Shown piece after piece: positions 11,081-21,041 of a DNA stretch of 64,000 nt. The stretch is from Candidatus Woesearchaeota archaeon (GTDB lineage: Archaea; Nanobdellota; Nanobdellia; SCGC-AAA011-G17; PNOQ01). The notes under the pieces were generated by a model. That model was not told the origin of the DNA. It searched no databases and saw nothing but the letters and a program-made list of their open reading frames with translations. The position numbers and the translations under genes were made by a program. The stretch covers positions 32,001 to 96,000 of the forward strand of contig JBDRML010000029.1 of assembly GCA_043812195.1 (NCBI GenBank). Direction: 5' to 3'. Position 1 is the first letter of the stretch. Each line of letters begins with the position of its first letter.

Positions 11081-11698
11081 TTACTGTCTTAATAATTCAA
11101 TTGCCTTTTTTGCTCGCAGGTAAGAACTTCCTTCTAAATAAGAATCTCGTCCAAATAATACAATGCCTAATCTTTCCAAACTTGTTTTTCCTGCTAAATG
11201 CTTTTCAAATTCGCCAGTCATTGCTTCAACTGCTTCTTCTAGTGGAACTTGATATAATCCTGTTCCCAAAGCCGGAAATCCAATTGATGTTAATCCATGT
11301 TCTTTTCCAAGTTCCAATACATTTCTTGTACTCTCAGCAATGACATCTTTATTGCAATATAATCCAGATTCAGGATCATAATTTAAAGCAACAGAATGAA
11401 TAACATGTTTTGCAGGCAATTTTCCACCAGTTGTCAAATGGGCTGAATATAATGGTACTTTTCCTCGCATCCCATGAATATCCAATTCTCCATGTTCTTA
11501 AGCGTATCTGTCTGCAACTCTGGATGCTTCGTCAAAAATTTCAATTCCACCATCTCTTGCTACAAATCCTTGAACGCCCATACCTGCAAAATCTAAATCT
11601 GGATTCGCAGAAATAACAATTGCGTCGGCATTGTATCTTGTGATGCTTCCTTCAGCAAGTTCTATTTTTCCCTTACCTGCTCGATATTCTGTTTTCAT
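11081..11698 (-). pseudogene. Macro-domain (ADP-ribose processing) protein split by in-frame TAA at 11498-11500
   Basis: GSIT..ADAIVISAN...GMGV in 5' part and HVIHSV, IGFPALGTGLY in 3' part, same frame. Confidence 0.8.
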
Positions 11699-11803
11699 AC
11701 TATAGAGAATAAAATTAATCTTTATAAATCTTTCGGTTTTTGACTATTTCTTAGTAGTTACAAAAATCATAAAATTGCCAAATTTAAAAGCTCGCAACAA
11801 CTT

Positions 11804-12238
11804 TTATCTAATATCACCCACATTAATCAAATATTCAATATTCGGAGCAACTTTATACTTTCCAGCTTTAATCTCTTCAATATCCAACCACTTAACTTCA
11901 ACAGTTGGTGCCATAGCTTTCAAATCCTCTCTATTAGAAATCAACTTAGCCAAATAATGTATCAAAACAATAGTCATCTTCTCTTTCGTAGTAGGATTTT
12001 CCCATAAAATCATCGGATGCAATGGTTTAATTATTTCAATTTCTCCACCAACTTCTTCTTTAAACTCTCTTCTGCATGCCTCTTCCAAACTTTCAACATT
12101 TTCCTCAACAGCACCACCGGGTATTTTATAGAAATCATCCTTAGTATCTTTATTAACTAATAACTTTCCATCTTCAATAATCACAGGTCCAGAAGCAATT
12201 ATGTATTTTCCTTCCATAATACCAATAACATATAACAA
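11804..12238 (-). CDS. Nudix hydrolase
   Basis: PGGAVEENVESLEEACRREFKEEVG Nudix box; start may be the second Met. Confidence 0.85.
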   Translation of the reverse strand: MLYVIGIMEGKYIIASGPVIIEDGKLLVNKDTKDDFYKIPGGAVEENVESLEEACRREFKEEVGGEIEIIKPLHPMILWENPTTKEKMTIVLIHYLAKLISNREDLKAMAPTVEVKWLDIEEIKAGKYKVAPNIEYLINVGDIR

Positions 12239-12308
12239 TTTAAAAATCTTCGTTTTAAAACAAATCCATCCAAAAGCCTTAAAAATACAGTAACATTACC
12301 TAAAACAC

Positions 12309-13046
12309 ATGGAACATATAAAAGAAGAGGTACCCAGATTAGTTGATGAATATTCTAAAGAAGATAATAACGAATTCAGGCATGTAATACCATCAATTCT
12401 CAAAAAAGGGTTAGATAAGGTAAATTTATCAATGTTTGATGAAGAAACCAAAAAAAGACTTCTTATAGCAGTAGGAGATGAATATTTAAAAAGAGGAAGT
12501 ATAACAGAAGCATTCAATATTTTTAAACAATTAAACTACAAAGAAAAACTAGCAGAAGTAGGTGACGAACAATACAAACTAGGCCTATACAATCAAGCAA
12601 TAGAATCTTACAGATTATCAGAAAATCATTCAAAATTAAGAAATATAGGTGAAAATTTATTAAGAAATGGTCACTTAAATGAAGCAATAAAATCATTCAC
12701 AATCCTAAAAGACACAGAACAACTAAAAGAAGTAGGACAAATTTGTTTAGAAAAAAACAAATATCCACAAGCAATAGAAATTTTTAAAGCATTAGAAGAC
12801 ACCACAAAAATAATAGAGTTAGGAGAACACTGCCTAAAAGATAATCAACTAGACTTAGCACTAAGAGCATTTGAAATAATACAAGACAAAGAAAGATTAA
12901 ACAAAGTAGCAGATAAATTTTTAAAATTCGGTTCAGTATCAAAAGCAGTAAAAGCATATGAGTTAGCAGGAAATCATTCCATGATAACATTTATAAAAGA
13001 AAATTTCAGTGAAAGCACAATAAAAAGAGATAGTTCTTACATATAA
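12309..13046 (+). CDS. TPR-like alpha-helical repeat protein
   Basis: Repeated xGDxxxxxG.y..A...f units. Confidence 0.7.
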   Translation: MEHIKEEVPRLVDEYSKEDNNEFRHVIPSILKKGLDKVNLSMFDEETKKRLLIAVGDEYLKRGSITEAFNIFKQLNYKEKLAEVGDEQYKLGLYNQAIESYRLSENHSKLRNIGENLLRNGHLNEAIKSFTILKDTEQLKEVGQICLEKNKYPQAIEIFKALEDTTKIIELGEHCLKDNQLDLALRAFEIIQDKERLNKVADKFLKFGSVSKAVKAYELAGNHSMITFIKENFSESTIKRDSSYI

Positions 13047-13086
13047 TCTACAAATCTTTATATAATTCCTATAACTTCATAAATAT

Positions 13087-13920
13087 ATGAAGAAGATTCA
13101 AGAAATTTTAGGTATAGCAGTAACAAGGATAGCAAGAGAAATCGAAGCTAATATTATTGTTTCTATAGATTCTATTCCAGATATAGAATACGAAGATACT
13201 GATGATTTTCAGGTAAAGATAATAATATTCAAAAAAATAAAAGAGGAGGTCTACAGAAAAACTGAATATGTCATAAAAATAAAAAACTTAGAATATGGAT
13301 CAATTACACCAGTAAAAGAAATAATAATGGATGCAATTACAAAAGGTCACATTAATAAAGGCGATACAGTAATATGCACCCAAGACAGCAAATTAGGATT
13401 TGGCTATAAAGGAGTTATTTTTATATTTGAAATAGACGATACTTTCTTCCAAATAAGCAGACATAAATTATCTGAAAAAATAGGATCAGAAGTTATAGAA
13501 GCAACATTAAATATATCAAAAGAAATAGCACAAGAAGGCAGAGAAGGAAAAAGAGTTGGAACAGCTTTTATAATAGGAAATATATCAGAACTATCAAAAT
13601 ATATGAAACAATTAATTATTAACCCATTTCAAAACCTAGAAGAAAGACCTAAAGTTACAGACCCAAAAATGAGAGAATCAATAAAAGAGTTTGCGCAGTT
13701 AGACGGAGTGTTTATACTAGATGAAGAAGGCCATATAATAAGTGCAGGAACATATATAAATATAGATCATTCAGATATAAATTTGCCAGAGGGTTTTGGG
13801 ACAAAACATAGATCAGCTATAGCTTTAACAAGTAAAACAGATTCATTAGCTATTGTTATTTCAGAATCAGGTGGAAAAATAAGAGTCATAAAAGCAGGAA
13901 AAATTATACTTAAAATCTAA
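13087..13920 (+). CDS. dacZ: Diadenylate cyclase (DacZ-type, DisA_N domain)
   Basis: EGREGKRVGTAF, QLDGVF, GTKHRSA, ISESGG motifs. Confidence 0.85.
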   Translation: MKKIQEILGIAVTRIAREIEANIIVSIDSIPDIEYEDTDDFQVKIIIFKKIKEEVYRKTEYVIKIKNLEYGSITPVKEIIMDAITKGHINKGDTVICTQDSKLGFGYKGVIFIFEIDDTFFQISRHKLSEKIGSEVIEATLNISKEIAQEGREGKRVGTAFIIGNISELSKYMKQLIINPFQNLEERPKVTDPKMRESIKEFAQLDGVFILDEEGHIISAGTYINIDHSDINLPEGFGTKHRSAIALTSKTDSLAIVISESGGKIRVIKAGKIILKI

Positions 13921-14077
13921 ATATAACGTCTTATTTAAATACTCATCGTCTTAAAAACAAAAGCTTTATATATTACCTCTTTTCCCAGAATATATTACAA
14001 AGCAAAGGTACCTCTCTACAATGTCCAACCATGATTACTAAAAGTCATATTTACTAACGACCTAGAGAGTGCTATGT

Positions 14078-14180
14078 GCCCTGATGGTGTAGTTGGCTAT
14101 CATACGGCCCTGTCGAGGCCGTGACCCGGGTTCAAATTTCCCATAGCCTAAAAAAAGGATTGAAAGTCCCGGTCAGGGCG
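14078..14180 (+). tRNA. tRNA-Asp(GTC) with 30-nt T-loop intron at 59/60 (14137-14166)
   Basis: Acceptor GCCCTGA/TCAGGGC, anticodon arm CGGCC-CTGTCGA-GGCCG; T arm restored by removing the insert; TTCA/TGAA central helix with AAT and AGT bulges. Confidence 0.9.
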
Positions 14181-14197
14181 TATCTTTGCAAAAAGAT

Positions 14198-14923
14198 GGA
14201 CTGGTAGCTCAGCTTGGTAGAGCACTTGAGGAGATAAGCAAAAATGAAAGTACAAATTCCAAATGAACCAACAATCAATTTAGCAGAAGAGTTCGGAATA
14301 CATATTGGTGATGGGAGTATGAACTTTTATAAAGAAAAGGGATTGGTATCTATAGCAATAAATCCAAACGAAAAAAAATATATGGATTTCATTAAAAGAC
14401 TTTATTGGAGTCTATATAAAGTAAGTGTTAACTTAAGAAATTGGAGTAGGGCATATGGATTTCAACTAAGCTCTAACGAATTGGTTGAATTCAAATATAA
14501 ACAAGGTCTCCCATTAGGAAAAAAGGAAAATATAAATATTCCTCATTGGATAAAGAAAAACGAACAATATCAAAAAGCATGTCTAAGAGGAATATTTGAC
14601 ACAGATGGTACACTGTATATTGAAAAAAAGTACAATAAACCCTATCCAAGAATACAAATTTCGAGTATATCTCAAAATTTAATTAAAGATATACATGAAA
14701 TATTAGTCAATTTGGATTTTAAAGTTAGTCTATGGAAAGAAAATTTTAGAAATAAGAACTGGAAAACAAGACATGTAATTGCCTTAAGAGGATATAAACA
14801 AGTTCAAAAATGGATGGATGAAATAGGCACTAATAATCCCAAAAATTTAGAAAAATATAATAAGCTTATCTTCAGGTGAAGCTTTTAACCAAGGGGTCGC
14901 GGGTTCAAATCCCGTCCGGTCCA
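14198..14923 (+). tRNA. tRNA-Lys(TTT) split by a 652-nt protein-coding intron at 30/31 (14229-14880)
   Basis: 5' exon GGACTGG...GAGCACTTG, 3' exon GCTTTTAACCAAG...CCGGTCCA; joined stem CTTGG/CCAAG; intron ends pair GGAGATAAGC/GCTTATCTTC. Confidence 0.9.
14244..14879 (+). CDS. tRNA-intron-encoded LAGLIDADG endonuclease
   Basis: LAEEFGIHIGDGSM and CLRGIFDTDGTL motifs; lies wholly inside the tRNA-Lys intron; GAGGAG upstream. Confidence 0.88.
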   Translation: MKVQIPNEPTINLAEEFGIHIGDGSMNFYKEKGLVSIAINPNEKKYMDFIKRLYWSLYKVSVNLRNWSRAYGFQLSSNELVEFKYKQGLPLGKKENINIPHWIKKNEQYQKACLRGIFDTDGTLYIEKKYNKPYPRIQISSISQNLIKDIHEILVNLDFKVSLWKENFRNKNWKTRHVIALRGYKQVQKWMDEIGTNNPKNLEKYNKLIFR

Positions 14924-14944
14924 CTTTTAAATTACGAGAAAAAA

Positions 14945-15184
14945 ATGGAAGAATTTGACATAAAAAAACATAGCTTAGCCACAGTACATACAAAGCTAAC
15001 AGAGGAAGAAAAACAAGAGCTTCTTAAAAAATTCAACATCACAATAGATCAATTACCAATGATTCAAAAAAAAGATCCTGCTATTCAACATTTAGAACCA
15101 AGAATCGGAGATATCATTAAAGTCATAAGAGATACTCCAACTAATAAAGATAGTCCATTCTTTAGGGTTATTGTACATGGTTAA
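14945..15184 (+). CDS. rpoH: RNA polymerase subunit H (Rpo5)
   Basis: HSLATVHTKL, QLPMI...DPAI, GDIIKVIR; true start ATG 14945 (the track's 14876 start lies in the tRNA locus). Confidence 0.92.
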   Translation: MEEFDIKKHSLATVHTKLTEEEKQELLKKFNITIDQLPMIQKKDPAIQHLEPRIGDIIKVIRDTPTNKDSPFFRVIVHG

Positions 15185-16664
15185 AAATTACAAAAAAATT
15201 ATAGGGAACTATTTCAAAGAACATTCTTTTATAGAGCATGATATAGATTCATTCAATTTATTCTTAGAAAAAAACTTACAAAGTGTTATAGATGAAGTAA
15301 AAGAAATTGTACCAACTATAATTCCACAAGAATATGAAAACTTTAAAATTAAATTAAGTAGAATTAGAGTAGAGAAACCAGAAATTGTAGACGCAGATGG
15401 ATCTAAAAGAGCAATATATCCTACAGAAGCAAGATTAAGAAAGTTAACATATTCAGCTCCAGTATATCTAGAAATAAGTGCATATATAAATGATATTCAA
15501 AGGGATTCTTTCACAACACAAATAGGAAAGCTACCAATAATGTTAAAATCAAAATTCTGTCATTTATATGGTTTAAATAAAGAAGAACTAATAAAACACG
15601 GAGAAGATCCTGATGACCCTGGTGGATATTTTATACTAAACGGAAATGAAAGAGTTTTAGTAACAATTGAAGACTTAGCATCAAACAAAATATTTGTATC
15701 ACCAGCAGCAACAGGACCAAGTAAATTTGTAGGTAAAATGTATTCTGAAAAAGAAAATTACAGAATTCCACACACACTAGAACACACTAAAGATGGAATA
15801 TATTACTTAAGTTTTGCAAGATTCAAACGTGTGCCTGCTATTGCAATAATCAAGGCACTTGGTCTTTTAAAAGACCAAGAAATTATGCAATCTATTTCTC
15901 CTGACAAAATTTACGATGATGTTCTAATAAACCTTTACAATTCTATTGAGCTAAAAACAAAAGAAGAAGCATTAGAATTTTTAGCCAAAAAAATAGGTCT
16001 AACACAAAAGGATTTGAGAGAAGAAAAAACAATGGAACAATTAGATAGATACTTACTTCCTCATTTAGGAACTACACCAAAAGACAGAACATTAAAAGCC
16101 CATAATCTATGTAAATTCATAAGAAAATTCATACTAGTTTCTCAAGAAGGAATAAAACTTCCACCAAAAGATCATTACATGAATAAAAGACTTAAATTAA
16201 GTGGAGATTTATTATCAGATTTATTCAGGGTAAATATTAGATCGTTAATTCAAGATATATTATACAATTTCCAGAGACTTGTTAAGAGAGGAAAATTTAC
16301 ATCAATAAGAACAGTCATAAGAGAACAACTTCTAACTTCAAGAATTAAAAGTGCTATGGCAACAGGAACATGGCCAGGTGGTAGATCAGGAGTAAGTCAA
16401 AATATGGCAAGAACCAACTCAATAGATACAATGTCTAATTTACAAAGAATTGTTAGTTTATTAACATCCAGTCAAGAAAATTTTGAAGCTAGAGCATTAC
16501 ATGCAACACATTGGGGAAGGTTGTGTCCAGTTGAAACTCCAGAAGGTACTCCAATTGGACTAAGAAAGAACTTATCTTTAATGGCAACTATAACAAAAGT
16601 AGATTCAAGTGAAGAAAAAATAAAAAAAAGTATGGAAAACATAGGTCTAACCATAATAAAATGA
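15177..16664 (+). CDS. rpoB2: RNA polymerase subunit B'' (Rpo2N)
   Basis: PTEARLRKLTYSAP, DPGGYFILNGNERV, HWGRLCPVETPEG. Confidence 0.95.
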   Translation: MVKNYKKIIGNYFKEHSFIEHDIDSFNLFLEKNLQSVIDEVKEIVPTIIPQEYENFKIKLSRIRVEKPEIVDADGSKRAIYPTEARLRKLTYSAPVYLEISAYINDIQRDSFTTQIGKLPIMLKSKFCHLYGLNKEELIKHGEDPDDPGGYFILNGNERVLVTIEDLASNKIFVSPAATGPSKFVGKMYSEKENYRIPHTLEHTKDGIYYLSFARFKRVPAIAIIKALGLLKDQEIMQSISPDKIYDDVLINLYNSIELKTKEEALEFLAKKIGLTQKDLREEKTMEQLDRYLLPHLGTTPKDRTLKAHNLCKFIRKFILVSQEGIKLPPKDHYMNKRLKLSGDLLSDLFRVNIRSLIQDILYNFQRLVKRGKFTSIRTVIREQLLTSRIKSAMATGTWPGGRSGVSQNMARTNSIDTMSNLQRIVSLLTSSQENFEARALHATHWGRLCPVETPEGTPIGLRKNLSLMATITKVDSSEEKIKKSMENIGLTIIK

Positions 16665-18460
16665 TAGATGTATACCTAAACGATAAATTTATAGGAACTG
16701 TAGAAAACAAACAGTTTATTGAGGACTTCAAAATTAAGAGAAGAAAGGGAGAAATTAGTAAAGAATCTAATATAAATTACAATGAAGATCTCAATGAGAT
16801 TCATATTGATATAGATAAAGGAAGATGTAGAAGACCCTTAATCATAGTAGATAATGGAGTATCAAGACTAACAGATAAACACCTAGAATTAATAGAACAT
16901 GACAAATTAAAATGGGACGAGATGGTTGAACAAGGAATTATCGAATATTTAGATGCCTCTGAAGAAGAAAATGCTTATGTTGCGTTATATCCTGAAAATT
17001 TAACAAAAGAACATACTCATTTAGAAATAAGCCCTGTGACAATTTTAGGATTATGTACTTCATTAGTTCCATATTCAAACTTCGGAAGTTCATCAAGATT
17101 GATAAGAGGTTCAAAAATTCAGAAGCAATCTATAGGAATCTACTCTAAAAATTACCAAATAAGATTAGATACAGATGTAAGCACATCTTATTATCCACAA
17201 AGACCAATAGTTAAAACTTTCATGCATGATGTATTCAAATATGATGAATATCCTTCAGGACAAAATTTAACAATTGCAGTTATGAGTTATGAAGGTTACA
17301 ACATGCAAGACGCTATCATACTAAATAAAGGAAGTATTCAAAGAGGTCTAGCAAGATCAACATTCTATAAACCATATTCAATTGAAGAATTAAGATACTC
17401 GGGTGGATTAACAGATGAAATAAGCATACCTGACAAAGAAGTTAAAGGTTATAGATCAGAAAAAGATTATAGATTATTAGAAGAGGATGGTATAATTTAT
17501 CCAGGAGCATCAACAAAAGAAGAAGATGTAATCATAGGTAAAACAAGTCCACCAAGGTTCCTAAGCAGCTTAGAAGAATTCAGTGTTGCTGCAAGCACAA
17601 GAAGAGAAAGTTCTTCAGCATTAGGAGAAGGAGAATCTGGAATCATAGACACAATTATACTAACAGAAAATGAAGAAGGTAATAGATTAGTACAAGTAAA
17701 AATAAGAAAAGAAAGAATTCCTGAACTAGGAGATAAATTCGCATCAAGACATGGTCAAAAAGGTGTAATTGGTTTACTAGTACCACATTATGATATGCCC
17801 TACAGTTCATCTGGTATAGTTCCAGATCTAATTTTTTCGCCTCATAGTATACCAGGCAGAATGACAGTATCACACTTATTAGAAATATTAGCAGGCAAGG
17901 TTGGTGCAATAACAGGAAAATGTATAGATGCAACAGCATTTGATACACCACCAGAAGAAGACTTAAGAAAAACATTATCAGACGCAGGATTTAGAGAAGA
18001 TGGAACTGAAACATTTTATAATGGTATAACAGGACAAAGATTCAAAGCTAAAATCTACGTTGGTAACATTTATTATCTAAAACTTAAACACATGGCTGCA
18101 AACAAACTACATGCAAGAGCTTCTGGAAGAGTTCAATTATTAACAAGACAACCTGTAGAAGGTAGAGCAATGGGTGGAGGTTTAAGATTAGGAGAAATGG
18201 AAAAAGATTGTTTAGTAGCACATGGAACATCTTTATTACTTAAAGAAAGATTCGATTCAGATAAAACAATATTCCATATTTGTGAAAGCTGTGGTATGTT
18301 TGCAATGTATGATAATTACAAAAACAAAGCAACATGTTCAAGATGTGGAACAAATCCAAAAATAAGCACAGTAGAAATGAGCTACGCTTTCAAGTTACTA
18401 TTAGATGAAATAAGAGCTTTAGGAATAAATTCAAAAATAAACTTAAAAGATAAATTTTAA
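16661..18460 (+). CDS. rpoB1: RNA polymerase subunit B' (Rpo2C)
   Basis: GYNMQDA, GDKFASRHGQKG, RLGEMEKD, C-terminal zinc ribbon. Confidence 0.95.
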   Translation: MIDVYLNDKFIGTVENKQFIEDFKIKRRKGEISKESNINYNEDLNEIHIDIDKGRCRRPLIIVDNGVSRLTDKHLELIEHDKLKWDEMVEQGIIEYLDASEEENAYVALYPENLTKEHTHLEISPVTILGLCTSLVPYSNFGSSSRLIRGSKIQKQSIGIYSKNYQIRLDTDVSTSYYPQRPIVKTFMHDVFKYDEYPSGQNLTIAVMSYEGYNMQDAIILNKGSIQRGLARSTFYKPYSIEELRYSGGLTDEISIPDKEVKGYRSEKDYRLLEEDGIIYPGASTKEEDVIIGKTSPPRFLSSLEEFSVAASTRRESSSALGEGESGIIDTIILTENEEGNRLVQVKIRKERIPELGDKFASRHGQKGVIGLLVPHYDMPYSSSGIVPDLIFSPHSIPGRMTVSHLLEILAGKVGAITGKCIDATAFDTPPEEDLRKTLSDAGFREDGTETFYNGITGQRFKAKIYVGNIYYLKLKHMAANKLHARASGRVQLLTRQPVEGRAMGGGLRLGEMEKDCLVAHGTSLLLKERFDSDKTIFHICESCGMFAMYDNYKNKATCSRCGTNPKISTVEMSYAFKLLLDEIRALGINSKINLKDKF

Positions 18461-18463
18461 AAA

Positions 18464-21040
18464 ATGAAAGAAGAACATGTAACAAAAAAGATAGATTCAA
18501 TTGATTTTGAAGTACTATCACCATCTGAAATTAAAAAAATAGCTGTAGCTAAAGTTGTTACTCCAGAACTTTATGATAGAGAAGGTTATCCAGTAGATGG
18601 TGGATTAATGGATATTAGAATGGGAGTTATCGACCCAGGTCTAAGATGTAAAACCTGTGGAGGAAAATTAAAAGAATGTATAGGCCATTTTGGATTTATA
18701 GATTTAGCAAGACCAGTTTATCATATTAAATACATAAGTCACATTTTAACACTATTAAGATCAACATGTAATTCTTGTGGAAAAATTTTAGCTTCTAAAG
18801 AAAAGATAGATGAACACTTAAAACTAAAAAAAATTCTAAGGAGAACTAAGAAAACAAGAGAATATAATAGAGAAATCAAACTATTTATCGATAGTATAAA
18901 AGGAACTAAAAAATGTCCACACTGTTTGATAAAACAAAAGAAAATAATGCTAGAAAAACCATCAACATTTCTAGAAGACAGCAAGAAAATCACACCAACA
19001 CAAGTAAGAGCAAGATTAGAAAAGATTCAAAATGAAGACTTAATAATCTTAAATATTAATCCAAAAGCATTCAGACCAGAATGGGTTGTATTAAATTTAC
19101 TTCCAGTTCCACCAGTAACAATCAGACCAAGTATCACACTAGAAAGTGGAGAAAGAAGTGAAGATGATCTAACTCACAAATTAAGTGATATAGTAAGAAT
19201 CAACCAAAGACTATTTGAAAATATAAATGCTGGGGCACCAGAAATAATTATAGAAGACCTTTGGGATCTATTACAATATCACATAACAACATTCTTTGAT
19301 AATGATATATCACAATTACCAACTGCAAGACATAGGTCAGGACAACCCCTAAAAACAATAACAGAAAGAATAAAAAGTAAAGAAGGAAGATTTAGACACA
19401 ATCTAGCAGGTAAAAGAGTAAACTTCTCATCAAGAGCTGTTATTAGTCCAGATCCTAAAATAAAATTCAATGAAGTTGGTATTCCATTAGAAGTTGCAAA
19501 AGAACTTACAATTCCAGAAAAGGTTACAGAATGGAATTTAGAATGGTTGACAGAACTTGTTAAGAAAGCTCCAGAAGAATATCCAACTGCAAACTATGTA
19601 ATAAGACCAGATGGAAAAAAGAAAAGAATTACAGATGAAACTAAAGAAGCACTTTTAGAAGAATTAGAACCCGGATATATAGTTGAAAGGCATATTATAG
19701 ATGGTGACATTTCAATTTTCAACAGACAGCCAAGTCTTCACAGAATGAGTATTATGTGTCATAGAATTAAAGTTTTACCTGGTAAAAGTTTCAGATTAAA
19801 TCCAGCAGTATGTACTCCTTATAACGCAGATTTCGATGGTGATGAAATGAATCTACACATCCCACAAACAGAAGAAGCAAGAGCAGAAGCAAAAATATTA
19901 ATGAGTGTCCAATATCATATTATTACTCCTAAAAATGGATTAAACGTAATTGGTTCAATTGAAGATGCAGTTTCAGGAACTTATCTATTAACTAAAGAAT
20001 TAGAATTTTCAAAACAAGAAGCCATTGCTTTACTAATATCTGCAGGAATCTCAAATAGAGAAGTTATGAATAAATTCAGTAATAATGTATCTGGCAAAGA
20101 AATATTCAGTGCACTTTTACCTAATGATTTCAATTTCATAGCACAATCAAAAGATGGAAGCCCAGTTAAAATTAAAAATGGTAGATTAATAGAAGGTATA
20201 ATAGACAAAGCCACAATAGGTGAAGATAACGGTTCTTTAATAAGAGCAATATATGCAAAGTATAATGAAGATGTTGGTATTGAATTATTAAGTAAAATTT
20301 TAAAATTAGGAATTGCAGTTTTACTAAAAACTGGATTTACAACAGGAATCTCAGACAGTGATATTCCAGAACATATTAAGAAAAAAAACAAAGAACTAAT
20401 TCAAGAAGCAAGAGATAAAGTAGACCAATTAATAATCCAATATAATAATGGAAAATTAGAAACCTTGCCTGGAAATACTCTAACAGAAACATTAGAAATA
20501 AAAATTTCTGAAGTTCTGAACAAAGTAAGAGATAAAATAAGCAATCATGTTGCACAAACTATAGACAAAAGCAATCACACAATAATTATGGCAGAATCAG
20601 GAGCAAAAGGTAGCTTACTAAACCTAGCTATGATGGCTGCTTGTGTAGGCCAGCAAGCCATAGGTGGAAGAAGAATAAGAGAAGGTTACAATAAAAGAAC
20701 ATTATCAATGTTTAAGAAAAATGAATTGAGCCCAGAGTCTGGTGGATTTGTAGAAGTTGGATATAAACAAGGTCTAAATCCTTCAGGATATTTTTTCAGT
20801 GCTATGACTGGTAGGGATGGATTAATGGATACTGCTTTAAGAACTCCAAAATCTGGATACTTTTATAGAAGAATGTCTAGTGCTCTACAAGATCTAAAAA
20901 TAGAGTACGATCAAACCGTAAGAGATGCAGAAAAGAGAATAGTACAATTCAAATATGGAGAAGATGGAATAGATGTTTCAAAGAGTGACGGTGGTACAAT
21001 CAACGTTAAAAAAATCATAAAGCAAATAAGAGGAAAATAA
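18464..21040 (+). CDS. rpoA1: RNA polymerase subunit A' (Rpo1N)
   Basis: NADFDGDEMN catalytic motif, CIGHFG, FNRQPSLH. Confidence 0.97.
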   Translation: MKEEHVTKKIDSIDFEVLSPSEIKKIAVAKVVTPELYDREGYPVDGGLMDIRMGVIDPGLRCKTCGGKLKECIGHFGFIDLARPVYHIKYISHILTLLRSTCNSCGKILASKEKIDEHLKLKKILRRTKKTREYNREIKLFIDSIKGTKKCPHCLIKQKKIMLEKPSTFLEDSKKITPTQVRARLEKIQNEDLIILNINPKAFRPEWVVLNLLPVPPVTIRPSITLESGERSEDDLTHKLSDIVRINQRLFENINAGAPEIIIEDLWDLLQYHITTFFDNDISQLPTARHRSGQPLKTITERIKSKEGRFRHNLAGKRVNFSSRAVISPDPKIKFNEVGIPLEVAKELTIPEKVTEWNLEWLTELVKKAPEEYPTANYVIRPDGKKKRITDETKEALLEELEPGYIVERHIIDGDISIFNRQPSLHRMSIMCHRIKVLPGKSFRLNPAVCTPYNADFDGDEMNLHIPQTEEARAEAKILMSVQYHIITPKNGLNVIGSIEDAVSGTYLLTKELEFSKQEAIALLISAGISNREVMNKFSNNVSGKEIFSALLPNDFNFIAQSKDGSPVKIKNGRLIEGIIDKATIGEDNGSLIRAIYAKYNEDVGIELLSKILKLGIAVLLKTGFTTGISDSDIPEHIKKKNKELIQEARDKVDQLIIQYNNGKLETLPGNTLTETLEIKISEVLNKVRDKISNHVAQTIDKSNHTIIMAESGAKGSLLNLAMMAACVGQQAIGGRRIREGYNKRTLSMFKKNELSPESGGFVEVGYKQGLNPSGYFFSAMTGRDGLMDTALRTPKSGYFYRRMSSALQDLKIEYDQTVRDAEKRIVQFKYGEDGIDVSKSDGGTINVKKIIKQIRGK

Positions 21041-21041
21041 A

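Noticed and set aside
14001-14077. Structured leader before tRNA-Asp (CTCTCTA/TAGAGAG pairing)
   Set aside because: Short stems only; no recognisable RNA family.
14876-14944. ORF-track N-terminal extension of RpoH (MKLLTKGSRVQIPSGP...)
   Set aside because: It is a translation of the tRNA-Lys 3' exon; the real start is ATG 14945.
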